DNA of 64,000 nt from Camelus dromedarius (Eukaryota). This document shows, piece by piece, positions 37,381 to 51,317 of the stretch. The position numbers were made by a program, and so were the translations under genes. The notes below the pieces were generated by a model that was not told where the DNA came from, searched no databases, and was given only the letters and a program-made list of their open reading frames with translations. The stretch covers positions 103,356,001-103,420,000 of the forward strand of contig NC_087436.1 in assembly GCF_036321535.1 (NCBI RefSeq), read 5' to 3'. Each line of letters starts with the position of its first letter. Position 1 is the first letter of the stretch.

Positions 37381-38809
37381 GTCTGGCCTCTTGTGCGTAA
37401 AGCAGCTCCAGGTCCTTTATTCTTTATAGGCACTCTACTACCATAACCTTAAATTATATCGTGTAATAACATAACCACCATGCTGCAGTTTGTTAAAGAA
37501 TTTCCAGACTGGAATTATATAAATAGGAATTGATTCCATACCGTTGTTTGCTTCGTATCTTATGTACAGGTGGGAGAAAACCCTCTGCCTCCTTTTTCAG
37601 TTATATAAAATAGGACTCCAGCCCAAACCTGACTGTCGCAGAGTGTGTAATAGGAGCACTCAAGGTCTTGGATGCTGATAAATAAAGTAAAAGTCAGGAA
37701 AACAGGATTTAGGCACAGAGTTGCTTACTTCAGAGGACATGGACTTTATAAATCTTGGAGCCATTACTAACAGTGGGGCTAGATGGAGCCAAACCACTTA
37801 ATTTATCAGATGATCAATATCAGTATCTCAAATACAATGAAACCCTACGTAGGTTCCAAGTGGTAATTCAATTTCAGATACACTTCAGAAGAATTACATT
37901 GAAAATACGAAATGAGACACTAGTAAAGCAATGAATGCATTGCTTGGCACCCACTAGATGGTCAAAAACGGTTTGTCTTTCCCATTTCTTACCCGGCCTT
38001 GCCCTCCCTTCCGCTTCCTTAGAATTATGCCTGCTACAAAACACGAATATTGGCTAATTGGATTCTTGATAAAATCCATTGCAGAAAACAAATTTTGTCT
38101 ATCCTTCCAGCTCAGGTCTTTCCCTCTTATCAAGACTTACCCTCTTGGAGTGGACTTTGGTCCCTAACCCAGCAAGTGCTGTTGTAGGGGAGGAGGTGAG
38201 AAGCTGTGTCTCTACATTAGGTGCTGTGTAAATAATTTTATTTCTTCAAATGAGTCACATTTTTGGTTCATGTGTTGCTTAAACTGTCAAAAATCAATTC
38301 AGATGTTAAATACCATTTATGATAATTTCAAGTGACCTTTAGCTTTTGAAAGCATATTTAACAATTATTCGTCTATCAACTTGCAGTGTCTACTGGATTT
38401 TACCCTTTTGCATTATGCATACATTTTAAAGGTGTTATACAAAAGCAATTTATCGCTTATGCATTGGAAGTGTATTTCAAACACAGCTGGGAACTCTATT
38501 CAGCCGTCAGACACCCTCCCTCACTATTCTCTGGGATCCTTGCAAAAACCTGCCTCTGCTATTTCTCATATTTATACCAACAATCTGGATGTGATTTCTC
38601 ACCCTTCCTAGGGAGTTACAAATAGACAATCAGAGCTTCATCATCTTTGGGACCGAGGCATTCACTGAGATGACAATAGGAAAACAAGTGTACTCTCCAG
38701 GAAATGATCATCACGGCTGATATGAAGTTTATTCTGAGCTAGCATTTTCTATCAAGAGGTTTATATCTATAGAGGAAACAGGTGAATTTACAGAGTCTTA
38801 CTTCTTCTT

Positions 38810-40060
38810 CAATTCAATTCAAAAATATTATTAATGCCTCCTCTGTTTAAAACAAGCTGTTAGGTATAAGCATTAGGTTATACAAGGTAACTTTGACATA
38901 GTCTTACACTCAAATATATATAATGCAGTGATATGTATTATAAAAATATTTTGGATATCATGGACATAGAGTGAATGTCCGTGCATGGCAGGTTACAGTG
39001 GGCTTTAAGCAAGAGGTAGGTTTTAAATGATGGGTCGGATTTTGACAAGCGGAAGTACAGAGAGGTAAACATTCTCAGCACAGGAGAAGTAATGTGGGAT
39101 ATGTGGATGTGTGTGGGTTTTCATTTTATAGTAGTCCTTCATCTATTGGTTGCAGAGGTATTGAGACTGATACCAGCTTGCTTACAGAACAAACATCACA
39201 TTTTGAAGACACAGTTATAGGATGTAAGATTTCAAGAACAAACTGGAATTAGGTTGCTAAATACTGTAAGGTTTGCTGTTCTACCTCATATTTCTGTTTT
39301 TTCCTGTGTGTCTGCTTCATTGTATGCTTTCCTTAAGACTGGCTTCCCTTGTTTTCCTGTCTACATGGCTTTCCAGAACTCTGGGATTTATTTCTCTTTC
39401 ATTAAAAGATTGCCCAAACTGGGACTAGAGTCTCTTAGCCTCAATTCCAGATTCCCTGGGGAAAATACTCATTGGTCCATTTTGCTTAAGGTCTCACCCA
39501 TAATCCAAGCAAGTTTTCTAAAACATTAAAGAAACACTGAAGAAAGATGGTCTCTTTAGTTCCATGGGTGCAACCAGGTGAACAGGGTAGGATAAAAAGC
39601 TCCAGTTCCCGTTAAAAAAAGAGACACCTGGAATAACGTGCCTGCAGGTGCCCACTTAGGGGGTGAGTATCTGAACATCTGACATTTTAGATGCAAGAAA
39701 GTACGAATGTAGACACGTAAAAGGCAGCACAGTTAGGAAAGGTAGCTGGGATGATGTCACGAGTACTTTTAAGAAAAATTCCAAGAAATCAGAATTTTAT
39801 TCTTTATGCAAGGAGGAGACATTAAATATACTTAAAGAGGGATATGACACTATTAATAGCGTCTATAAGTAGATTCATATAGAAGCAAAATACAGACACA
39901 GGGACCACCAAGAAGGAGACTGTGATGTTTTAGATGAGAAGTGATGGTTCAGAGATGCAGCATCACGACTCGAAAGGAAGATTCTAGTATTTAATTGAGT
40001 CAACTGGATTTGGTGTCTGAATTTACATAGGAAGAATGTGATGGGAGAATGTGAACAACT
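38810..40060 (-). mobile_element. L2 antisense fragments interrupted by an old MaLR LTR (~39130-39520)
   Basis: L2-like ttcaattcaaaaatattattaatgcctcc and gaattttattctttatgcaagg; MLT1K/L-like ggttgcagag...ccctggggaaaatactcattggtcc. Confidence 0.55.
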
Positions 40061-40319
40061 AATTCTCCAAAAACAGCGTTCTCATATTTACACTGTACTA
40101 ACATGGCTTAGAGGGATTTTAAAAAACGAAAATGTCTGTCTTCTTTCATTGATATGGTCCAGATGCTCATTCTTTGAAGTTTCACTATGTGAAGGCCAGG
40201 AGAATGGGCTTGTGACTCCACATTCCAATAGAACAAAACATATGGCAAAGCTGGCCAGAGGAGAAAGCTATAGGACATAATGGATTATTGTATGCAATCG
40301 TGGGTATTGGATGAAAAGG

Positions 40320-40540
40320 CGGCTTTGTAGACAATTAATTTTGAAAATGCTGAGTTAAACTATTTTCAAGAACTTTCTTATTCCTAAGGCAACTCCAGAT
40401 CTTGAATAGATTAATGTTTTGTGTCAATCTTTAAAAGCAGCAGTATGGTATGCAGTCTCCCAGTTAAGCATGGAACCATTTTTCAGAGGGAAACCTGTAT
40501 GGACTAATATTATTTGAAATGCAGTGTGAAATTCTGCTAA
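40320..40540. mobile_element. MER103C-like hAT-Charlie MITE
   Basis: gaaaatgctgagttaaac...gtatggtatgcagtctccca...atggaaccatttttca. Confidence 0.55.
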
Positions 40541-41217
40541 ACGTAGGGCTTTCTTAGGTTAAAGATGCTACCTCCATTGCGAGTATTTTTGAGGATATTT
40601 CACCTTAAAGTCATTTGAATAGAATCAGAAGATATACATTGTCCTGTACTAAAATGACTAGGAATGACTAAAACAACAAAAATGGCTTTCATCTTTTAGA
40701 TTAATGACCCAAATGCTCATCCTGCTGAGTGTGTGCTGAGTGAAGACCAGGAGAATGGGTTTGTGACCTTTGTGAAAATTACACCACCTACTGGATTATC
40801 AAAGAACTGTTTGGCCTGTACCTTAAGAGAGAAAAGTGCTACCTACACTGACACTAAAGGCCATGGAAATAAAACTTTAGGGTAATATATGTTTAGACAT
40901 ATGGAGCAGGAATGGTGCAGAGCTGAAGCCCTAATGTCCTGCTCTATTGTATGGCAGAACAGTTTTTAAGAAAATGACCTTGAAAAGTAAAAGTGAATGT
41001 TGTCAATCTCTGGACATTTAACTTTGATCAACTCTTCCCTTCAGAAATAATTGTAATAATAATACATTTTGAAGGAGAAGGTATTAACTAAATAAATATG
41101 CATTCCCTTACTTTTTCTTGTCTTAATCAGTTGCAAATTTAATTTCAGATAACTTCAGAAGTTCAGGCCACCCCTAAGACTTTTTAACCATATAGTGATA
41201 AATCTGAACATTCTGCG

Positions 41218-41382
41218 TCATTCTTTATCCAATGTGTTCTTTGAACTGCCTACATCAGAATTATTTCTGGAGACTCCACTAGAGACCTTCTGAATCAGAA
41301 TCACTAAAGATGTGGCCTGAGAATCCGCAATTTTAATAAACTCTTGGGAGATCCTATTCACATGGTATTTTGAGAAACACTA
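41218..41382. mobile_element. MER5A-like MITE
   Basis: catcagaat...agaccttctgaatcagaatc...gcctgagaatccgcaattttaataaac...tttgagaaacact. Confidence 0.75.
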
Positions 41383-44300
41383 CACTAGGTTTCCCTTGCC
41401 CTAAGGATGCATTATTGTCACTATCATTAAAAAAAAAAAAAATACCCAAAAGGACAGGCCAAGCAAAGACACAGTTATTCCTTAGTTTAGTTGACCACAT
41501 GCCATGTTTGTGATGGCATCAGAGATTTATAAGGCATGACCTCAGCTTTGAAAGATGGTACATGACTCTTCTGTTTTGATATTAAACCAGTAAATAAAAA
41601 AAATTCTTCGGGATACTGTGAAGGTCACAGAAAAATCATTTTGTGTTTCTAGAGTTCTACTCCTACAGGTAAAAGATTTTTTTTAGGGGGGAAGTCTAGT
41701 TCTCAAAGTGGTTTAGCCACTGTGGAGGTGGATGTGAATGATAAAAAGTCTCACATACAACATATTTTTAATATGTAATGCCTCCCAAGCTTTCTGACAA
41801 AATGTCTATCAAATCGAATAGTTGATGCACTTTGAACACTTAGCTCCAAAAAGAAGATGACATTTTTTCATTAGTTTAAGATTTATATGCTAAAGTATCT
41901 GTCACAATAATAATGAAATCTGACAGTGCAGATCATATGGGTTTTCACATAGCAGAGGTAATGTGTTCTTGGGAAGATATAAATGACAATTTGTTCAAAT
42001 CGGAGATTTAAGACATCTAGACAAGCACAGAAGCTCCAAAACTTTATGTTTTCCCATTTCAGAATCATTCATTAATGATATTTATGTCATGCCAGCCATA
42101 CTGATTAATATTTTTCTGTAAGAATGAATATAAGTTGTTACTATTTCATCACATACTGTTTTGGTTTTTTACAATTTTTAAAAAGGTCAGGTGCCAATCA
42201 ACTCAAGTGCATCTACAAAGAGAGATGAGTTTAGACATAAATGTTAAGGTAATTACTTTGTACTAGATCTGAGTTCTCTGCGGGTTTTTTGGTTTGTTTA
42301 TTTGTTTCTTTTTCCTTTGGTCGCTGGACTTGTGAAATTCCAATTCATTCTCTGCAAGAGTACTAAAAACTATGCACATACCTCCACCGTTAAAAGCAGA
42401 GGAGGTAATGCCTGCTCAGAAAAATATACGGAAAATTAATCTGGCACAACCACTGCCTTTCTGCCCTGCTCCAAAAGCCCCTGTTAATGTAATTGTGCCC
42501 GACTAGACTGCATTCTTCAAGTGAAGGGTCACAGTTTATTCATCATGGCCATCTCAGTGTCACAAACGGGATCAAGTCAGGCACTTCATAAATGTACACC
42601 AAACACTACTGAAAGGTTGAGTTTGCTACATTATCATTAAACAACAGAAATGCTGTAAGTGAACCACACAGATAGTGAAATTAACAACCACGAACACTTC
42701 AGTGTCTACATTCAACAAGGAAAATAAATGGTGGAAAAATCTCATTCTAGGTTTCCTTTAGATCTGTGCCCCTAACTATTCCACTAACTGTATATTTAGT
42801 TTGAAATAAGTAGGAAAAAATGTGGCCTCTTGGGGCACTAATGCTAAGAGATAATAATTTATCTTGAAAGAATTAATATAGCTTCTAAAGTGTCTTATAT
42901 ATTCTCAAGAAGTAGCTCATGTTGTGGGAGTTGAGCCTCTTAAAACTTAATTTTCCTATACATGGAATGCTTATTTTAGTTTCTTTACTTAAAGAGACCT
43001 TTAGGATAGTCATCATTTTTCATTCTTGAAGCTACATTTCGTTGTCAAATCGTATTTTACATGAACACTGCAGAAACTTCAAGTTGCACCCTCAGGGAAA
43101 GAATCTTATCCCATCGCCAGCCCAAGAAGGATTAATGACAGATAAGTATAATGTGAAGCTATAGCATTTTATAACATCACTAAAGCATCTTTACGTAAAC
43201 AGAGTGCCACAAACTTTCAGAAGTAGAGAAGCTCTCAGATTGGAGCTTATATTAGAAATAAAATCTTTCTCCACAGAAAAAAATCTCTAGAGAATAGGGG
43301 GTGGTGGGTACACAGTCAAAACACTTTCCAGAAAGCCATACAACATGTCTGGTAGGAAGCTGGTATACCCACCCCTAACTTATTTTGTTCAATGGTGTCT
43401 CCTATGCTTCGGTTCTCCTGTTCTTTGGTTTTCTTTATAAGATCTACAAGTATTCACTAAATGCCTTAAGTGAGGTAAACAGAATTTCCTTGAGTCCTAA
43501 AATAAGCTTTGTTTAATGTCTGTATTTAAAACAATAATGACACCAAGTGTTGTCCAACCAGCAAACATCTCATAAATATCTCAAAGTTCATTATTTAAAC
43601 AATTGTGTATTAAATTTAAAAAATCTTCTTTTTCAATGTATGTATGAATGTATATGCATGCAAGCTATCCATGTATATGCATTGTGTCACTTTGAGGACC
43701 TGGTCAGAAGGAGTTCACAGTACAGGAATTGGTGTTTCGACAAGTCTTAAAAAAAAAAAAAAATAGGGATGGGTGTTTGGAGTAAGCACTCCATAACTCC
43801 TCCTTTATTTTGCTTGGTTAGTCAATTCACATAAGTAAACTATTATAAAAGTATGCAGAAAAACGTTTCATTCAGTCAGGATGCACTGTTTAACATTCTA
43901 GTAATAAACACCACGAAAAACTCAGTGACTCACAGTGAGAAAGGTAGCGAGCTGCCATGCTCCTTCTGCATGTCCACTGCGAATCAGCAGGGGGGGGGGC
44001 TCCGCACATCTGATCACTATGAACCACAGCAGCCGCCATCTTGAACATTGCTGATTGCAGTGGCAGAGAGAAGGGAGAACGCTCTGCAGAGATTTGTTCT
44101 GTAAGTTAGAAGCTCCACACCGAAGTGCCATAAGATACTACCGTTCATAATTTATGGCCTGGAAGTCATCACTCTGTCACACCCACTTAAAAGAAGGTCA
44201 GCAAATACAATCTTACCAGGCGACTGGGAGGAGAGAAGATCCAGGTCTGACCTGCACTGATGACTCTCCCTCATTAAGTGCCTCGGTCCCCGAATAGGTC

Positions 44301-44498
44301 TTTGCCTGAGTGCCAAAACACAGACAGTGTGAATGAAGTGCTCCACAAACTAAAGTGACAAGTCTGGGCACCTTGGCCGGCGTTTTCTTTTGAAGAGGAT
44401 ACTCAATTAGCTCTGTCTCTTTGTCCAGCATTGTCAACCACTTCTCATTATCCTGAGTCACTTTATGTTACAGCCTGAAAAACTGCCTGGCTCATCCC

Positions 44499-44600
44499 TG
44501 AGATTGTGAGCTTCCTGAGAAAATGTACCATTTCTCATTCCTTTCAGCACAAGGCCTGAGATATTGTAGGTACTCAATAAATTTTACAAGTAAATGAACG
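44499..44600 (+). mobile_element. L2 3' end
   Basis: gattgtgagcttcctgag...gtaggtactcaataaat. Confidence 0.75.
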
Positions 44601-45685
44601 GCTCTCAGAACCTTTTAATCAGAGGGCTGAATGAGATTTATACCACACTCAATTCTGATTATTTCTTACAAATACAACTAAACTTTAAGTCTTCATAACA
44701 TCACTTTATTCAGTTTAGTTATGGAAGCAAACATTTGTACAGATAATTAATCATCACTTTTAATACCCAGGTTATGTTATCCTTATAACTGAGGTCATAG
44801 TTAGTGAGATATTTTTGCAAGTGGGGTACTTTAGAAGCCAATAGCCAGAAACAAGGACTCACTGAAAGCCCAGAGCCAGTGTCAAAGACAATCTAACTAA
44901 TGTAGCCTAGAGGCTTAGAGATTTCCAAAAATCATTTTAATCCTATATCAGAAATATACATATCAACAATTAATGCAATTTTTAAGTATGTGTTTTATTT
45001 TCTGCCCCCCGTTTTACTTGATATTGGATCTGCCCCATTATGTGGGTGAAGAACTGACCTCTAACTTCAGATTGAAAACTATGTCTTTTCTTCTCACTCA
45101 GCAAAAGAGCAGATGCAATCACCTATTTCAGAATTCCAGCTTTATAACCAGAAAATGTTGTTTACCAGGTTATTTTAAAGAATAACATAAGTCTGCTCCA
45201 GGGCCAGTTTTAGTTGAGTTAGTTAAGGGATTATTCATTTCAGAAATGAACAAAGGAAAAATTTATTAAAGCTACTAAAGCTTTACTCTACTCAAACTTT
45301 AGATAATCTTGACTTTAAAATTTTACTTTTCATAACAATATTTCTATTAATCCCTTACATGGTGAACAGACCCAGAGATGATAAGAATTAGACAACAGCA
45401 AAGTATGTTGACTAAGATAATATATTAATTACTCTGTATTGCAGCTTAATGAAACGTAACTGACTAAAACCATCCCCCATCCCAGCTCCTGCAGAAAAAA
45501 AAAGAAAAAATGGTAGAGAGGGAATTCTGGGTGAGGGGTAGGCTCTCATAAATGCTAAGTGTAGATGTGGGCAGACTTTATGAGACACTTGATTTAACAA
45601 CTCTCATGAGAACAGCAAGAATCCCATTTTTTTCCCCTTGTAATCACTGTCCCTGGGCCATTCAATTCACTAGTCCCAGTGACTG

Positions 45686-46170
45686 AATTGTTTAACTGTT
45701 GCTTAATAAACCACCATAAAACTAAGTGGCTTACGAGACCATGATCTGCCCTCTCTCACAGTAATATTGGCTGACTATGGTTGCTCCACTGCATTCGCAC
45801 ATGTAGCTTCATTAAGATAAAGGTCAGGTGAATTGGAAGGTCCAAGCTGGCCTGACTTACAGGTCTGACCACTGAAGTTGGCTGTTATCTTGAACACCAT
45901 GGACCTCTTCCTTGTTTAATCATCCTCCAGCAACTAAACTGGCTTCCTCATGTGGTAGTCTTGGGCAGAGTTCCAAAAAAGGAAAAATGGAAGCCACAAA
46001 GGCTGTTTTAGAGTCTCACAGTGTCATTTCTTTCATCTTACGTTGGTCAAAGCAAGTTAGAAAACCAGCCTAGACTCACAAGGTGAGGGAAGAACTTCCA
46101 TCTCTTGATGAGAGGTGTGGGAAAGTTACACTGTCAGAAAACATGGGCACAGGGAGTTTTGATTCATTCT
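45686..46170 (-). mobile_element. MLT1G/H-like MaLR LTR
   Basis: aaaccaccataaaactaagtggctta...ggtccaagctggcctgac...gtgtcatttc...ttggtcaaagcaagt...ccatctcttgatgagag. Confidence 0.8.
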
Positions 46171-46629
46171 TCCACATCGTTGCTTTAATTTTCCTCATAT
46201 TTTCACACATCACACAATCCAATGAATAGCAACGTATGTTTTGGTAGTTCTTGCAGGAAAAGGAAGAGAGAGACTGACTCCTTAACTTGAAGTTCCGGCA
46301 AATATCTGACCCATCTTTAGAACCAGGAAAATGCTTATGTAAGCCAACTGGGGCTGAACACCTGCAGCTGGGAGCTGAGTCAACAGCACTTAGCCTACAT
46401 GGCTGATGATTAAAAGTGGTGTTTTAGCAAATAAGATGGCTGTTCCCTCTATAATTAGGAGGACCAGACGCTGGATCTCAAAAGCAAATGAAACTGGGAA
46501 ATGAGAGTGCAAACTTTATTCCGAATCTCTAAACAAAACCCCTAGTGCCTTTTCAGTTACCCCATTCCTTCCTTGCTGGTGTTTTGCCTTGGGAATTAGA
46601 ATTATATGGATTAAAGGCCATTATCTCCC

Positions 46630-46830
46630 ATATACTCTTTGTATGACCTCAGTTATCCTCTCTGAGACTCAGTTTCTTCAATGAATATGAGTAATCATCA
46701 TGATAAGGATGCTGAGGAAATTAAATAAGATAATCCGTGATACAACTAGCAGACTCTCCTGCAACTAGAAAACACCACCCAGGTGACACGCACCATCATC
46801 AGCACCAATATCATTATCAGCATGTCAAAA
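46630..46830 (+). mobile_element. MIR SINE
   Basis: tctctgagactcagtttcttca...gaggaaattaaataagataat. Confidence 0.7.
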
Positions 46831-48552
46831 AGTAGCTTAATAAAAATTATCTATAAATGTATCTTTTTCTGAATAGTTCCCTTTGGCTGAATACTTTTAC
46901 TTTAAAATTTAGGTTATTCCATTTCTATATGGGAATCATTTCAATAAATAAACACAATTAGGCTTTCAAAGTGAAAAAAAAAAAGAGAGAGAGAGAGAAA
47001 CAGCATAGGATGGCCAGGTAGCAAAATCCCGTCTGTGTTTTGCTGATTCAGTCCTCATAGAGGCATACTAGAAACACATATGACACTCCAGGGCTTCTAA
47101 GGAAAAATTTTAAGCACAGGTATGAGCATAATCGAAGTCCATCAGAAGTCACTTACTGTGTCTGTACATTTGAAATTTAATCATAAAATGATCTGCAAAG
47201 AACTAGGAAACACTGAAGCTCAGGAAGTTTAAAGATGACCTAGATTGTGCACCACAATCATTACAAAATTGGCCAAAATGGCCTCAAGCAGCCCTGAACA
47301 AGAACTTTTCTCTGAATTTAAACTTGAAATACATGCAAGCTTTTTGATATCACTTTTTATAACATTACTCACGTATTCTCATACAGAATTTTAAACAAAA
47401 ACAAAAACCAAAAAATGGATATGAGACAGAGCTGACAGTCAGGCTTACCCCTGGCTGGGGATCTTGTTTACTCTCGCCCTTTCTTATTTCCCAGTTTCAT
47501 TTGATCTGAGTTATCTGGCTTCGGTTCCCTCTTGATTTGATTATTGAGGTTTGAGACTCTGTTTTTCAAGTAACTTAAGAGCTGAAAGACTTTCCCTCTC
47601 AATCGCATTTACTTGAGGCATACAGACATGTCCTGGTAGCTGTATCCTCAGGCCCTCATTTCTTCCCAAGAGCAAGCACTACTCAAAGTGAGAGAGCAGC
47701 TTGCATTAGCTCTAACATGCAAGCCCTTTCATTGCCTCGGAGACACGCGGGCAATTTATGATCATTTGTTGCAAAGAGGCTCTGCCATTACTCTCAGCCA
47801 GAAGGAAAATAGCATTGCCTCCTCAATTGCATCTCAAGGACTCAACTAATGCAGCCCTTGTGCTCTTCTCTGGGTAGAAACATCTACAAAAGCTTTGAGA
47901 GCTCGGATCAAGTATTTTCACTGTCAGCCACCAAAGGCGTTCTGCCCCCTGCCTGCCACAATTACAGGACTTTCTAGCCAGCAGAAAGAGGCAATCTGAA
48001 ATTTCTTCTAATGCTCCTGTCAATATTGAATCATGGATTGCCTGAAAAAGAGTCGTCCTTTTCCCTTCGTGGCTTGAGTGCATTGTGAAGGATCTTTAAC
48101 AGTCTGTGTCAGTCTGAGGCATGAGGCTTGGAGGCTCTGCGATACCCAGTCACTAATGGGCCCCACAACATGCTGTACAGAATTACTGACTCAGTGCTGG
48201 GTGGGTAGAGAGGGCACTTCTTCCAATACATGGACCTCTTCCAGAGGATGAGAAGACACCAGAAACGCACCCAAGAAAAAAAGAAAAAAGGAATGTGACA
48301 AATAGCATGAGTAGTTATTACAGCAATAAAATCAAGACAGAAAGAAGAAATATTCTGCCTGTATGCCTATTTAGTAAGGAAGGCACTATGGAATTGGCAA
48401 CTCCCAGTCCTCGACTGGTTCATTTGTTCTTTAAGAGGAAGCTACTCAAGGCTGAGTTAGAGTTCCCCAGAACTTTGGGTTCAGACAGGGGTAGAGAAAT
48501 TTCTAAATGGACATCATGACCTACCCTTTAGTTGATGCAATTTCTTTAAAGC

Positions 48553-48718
48553 TTTTTAAAAATTATTTGTTATCCATTTAAAAATTTTTTATGGAAGTGT
48601 AATTGATATATAGATTTTTTTCTTTTCAGATTCTTTTCCATTATATGTTATTACAAGAAACTGAATATATTTCCCTGTGCTATACAGTAGGTCCTTGTTG
48701 TTTATTTATTTTATATAT
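48553..48718 (-). mobile_element. Cetartiodactyl L1 3' end, antisense, 5'-truncated
   Basis: ttttcagattcttttccattata...ttacaag...ttccctgtgctatacagtaggtccttgttgtttat is typical of the artiodactyl L1 3'UTR. Confidence 0.8.
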
Positions 48719-49839
48719 TCAAAGCACTTCGTAATGAAAGAAACCCAGTGGTTCTGTATGCCTAGAACCAAAATGATGCCAGGTGTAAGATTCAGGAGCC
48801 AACACTGTTAAAGACAATGTAGCTTACTCCTTCAGGGTACAGTTAACTTGCAGAGGATAATTAAGAGTATGCAGAGCAATATGAGAAAAAGCCTGTGTCT
48901 CTGCCATGCATCATTAGCTCTATAGGATTTCCAATTTATGTAACAATGAGACCAGTTAAGTGGTGTTGTTCACCTTAAATTTTGATGTTTTAATAGCTTG
49001 CCTGTTCTATAGCTGCCACTTACTCTATCAACATTAGCTAGTATACTTGAGAAAAAATTGTTCTCTGTGAATTCTTACAAATACAAAAACTGAAATATTA
49101 TTATCTCCTTTTTTTTTCCAAATTGAAAATACAAGATCAACCCTTAGTCCTTTAAGTCACACTCATGTAAATAGTATTAAAGTCTAGCCGCTAAAGAGAA
49201 AGTAGAGGACAATAAAAATCTTCATATACATTAAACTGCAGAACCTTTCTGAAACTATTTTTAAACAGAGAAAAATTCCCTTTAATTACTGTTGAGTTTA
49301 ACCTGTCTCTTACAAAGCAAAAGGAAGCAAGAACCAATCTCAAGGGTTATCAGGGAGGCTCCCATTTCAGGTGGAATAGTTATGGAATGACTAGGCACAA
49401 GAAGGGAAGGATGGAGAAATCAGACACCCTGCATTCCGGGAGCTGATCCTGGGACGGAGGACACCAAATGCCAACAACCATCTATAACAGAAGGACAATA
49501 AATGCCGTGCAAATCAGGGTATAAGTAAGCATGGCACAGGGTACAGGTGAAGGAGTAACTGACTGATTCTAAACAGGGGTATCTGGAAATGGTTCACTGG
49601 GGACATGGGACCTTAAAGTAAAGTAGATTTCAATAATTGAAACGAGATCATAAATACAGCCAAGTGGGAAAAAAAGTATGAGGGAACGTACACAGCTATG
49701 AATATACATCGCCCATCCAGGGAATAGGGTATAGAGTAGAATGGCAGAAGCCAAGGGGACGAGTAGGGTGTGTAAGGACAGCGTCTGAACCAGGAGGGTC
49801 TTATTTCAGAGAGATTTATGTGTATTACATACAGCCTAT

Positions 49840-50585
49840 ATTTTTATTTTAGTAAGATATACATAACATAAAATACACCAATTTAATCATTTTTAAGTAT
49901 ATAGTTCAGTGGCATTAAATATATATACCTTGTTTGGCAACTCTTACCACCATCCCTCCAGAATATTTTTCATCTCCCCAAACTGAAGCTTCATTCTATT
50001 AAGCAAAAACTTCTCAATCTTCCATTTCCCCAGTCCTTGAAACTATCATTCTACTTTCTGTCTCTATGAATTTGATTAATCTGCGTACCTCAAAAAAGTG
50101 GGATCATAGAGTATTTGTCTTTATGTGACAGACTTATTTCACTCAGCATAATGTCTTTGAGTCACTCCATGTTGTAACATGTGTCAGTATTCCATTCCTT
50201 TCTAAGACTAAATAATATTCCATTGTATGTAAACACTACATTTTGTTCATCCATTCCTCTGTTGATGGACACATGGGTTGCTTTCATCTTTTGCCTGTTG
50301 TAAATAATGCTGCTATAAAGATAAGTTTACAAATATCTCTTCAAGTCCTTGCATTCATTTCTTTCACTTATACACCCGGAAGTGAAACTACTGGATCATA
50401 TGGTAATGGTAATCCTTTTGTTCTTTTTTTTTTTTTTTTTTTGAGAAAACACCATACTCTTTTCCATAGTGGCGGCACCATTCTACATTCCCACCAAGGT
50501 TTCCAATCATCACTAACATGTGTTACTGTCTGTTTGTTGCATAATAGACATCCTAATGTGTATGAAGTGGTGTTCATGTAGGCAA
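49840..50585 (-). mobile_element. L1MA/L1MB 3' end, antisense
   Basis: cattctactttctgtctctatgaatttg, ttatttcactcagcataatgtc; the + strand ORF FIHSSVDGHMGCFHLL is the classic antisense L1 ORF2 signature. Confidence 0.9.
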
Positions 50586-51317
50586 TTTTAATTAACTATT
50601 TTTCAGAACAACATTGCAAGAATGACCTTATTATTTTGTAGATAAAGAAATAGACCTAGAGACCTAAAGCAACTTCTCCAAGGGTGTTAGTTACTAAATG
50701 GTGTATCTAAGATGAGAGTAGAAGCTAACCATATAAAAATGCAAATACATGTGTTCATCATGATACAGTGTTTGACGAGATATGTTTCATAAGCAATGAA
50801 TCAGCATGGCGGGTATTTGTGGCAGATGAGACACGATCTTATCAGCGCATCTGAGCCTTGTATGTTCCACCTTGCTATACCCTCCCTTTTATCTACAAGT
50901 GGGTGCCTTGTACCCCACACTGTTCACAGCACTAGCTCTAATACACTTGTATGAATCCATCATGTAAGTATCAGTATAGCCCAGCATTTGAATGCATGAT
51001 GTGCTGCCTCACTTAAACCTTCTTTACACACCTTTGACCAATGGCTCAAAACCACTCCTGGATATTCTTTCCTGAAAAGGGATGTGGAATCCTTCTTGGA
51101 TTTGGTTATTTTGTGCTACCATGAAAAGGCTGTCTATGATTCACGAAGGCCCCAGGCAACTCTGGTCAGCATAATTCCCCAGAAACATGATACTTGCTTT
51201 GTTTCCTCTGGAACCTTGGGTAGCACCAAGGAGGAGTCAAACTATTTTTTTATAAGATAGTTCTGGAAGCAGTGGGAACATTAAAGAGTCAAGGACAACA
51301 ATTGAGAATCCATTGCA

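Noticed and set aside
50243..50581. 112-aa ORF MFIHSSVDGH...
   Set aside because: It is the antisense translation of the L1 ORF2 3' end, a common annotation artefact.
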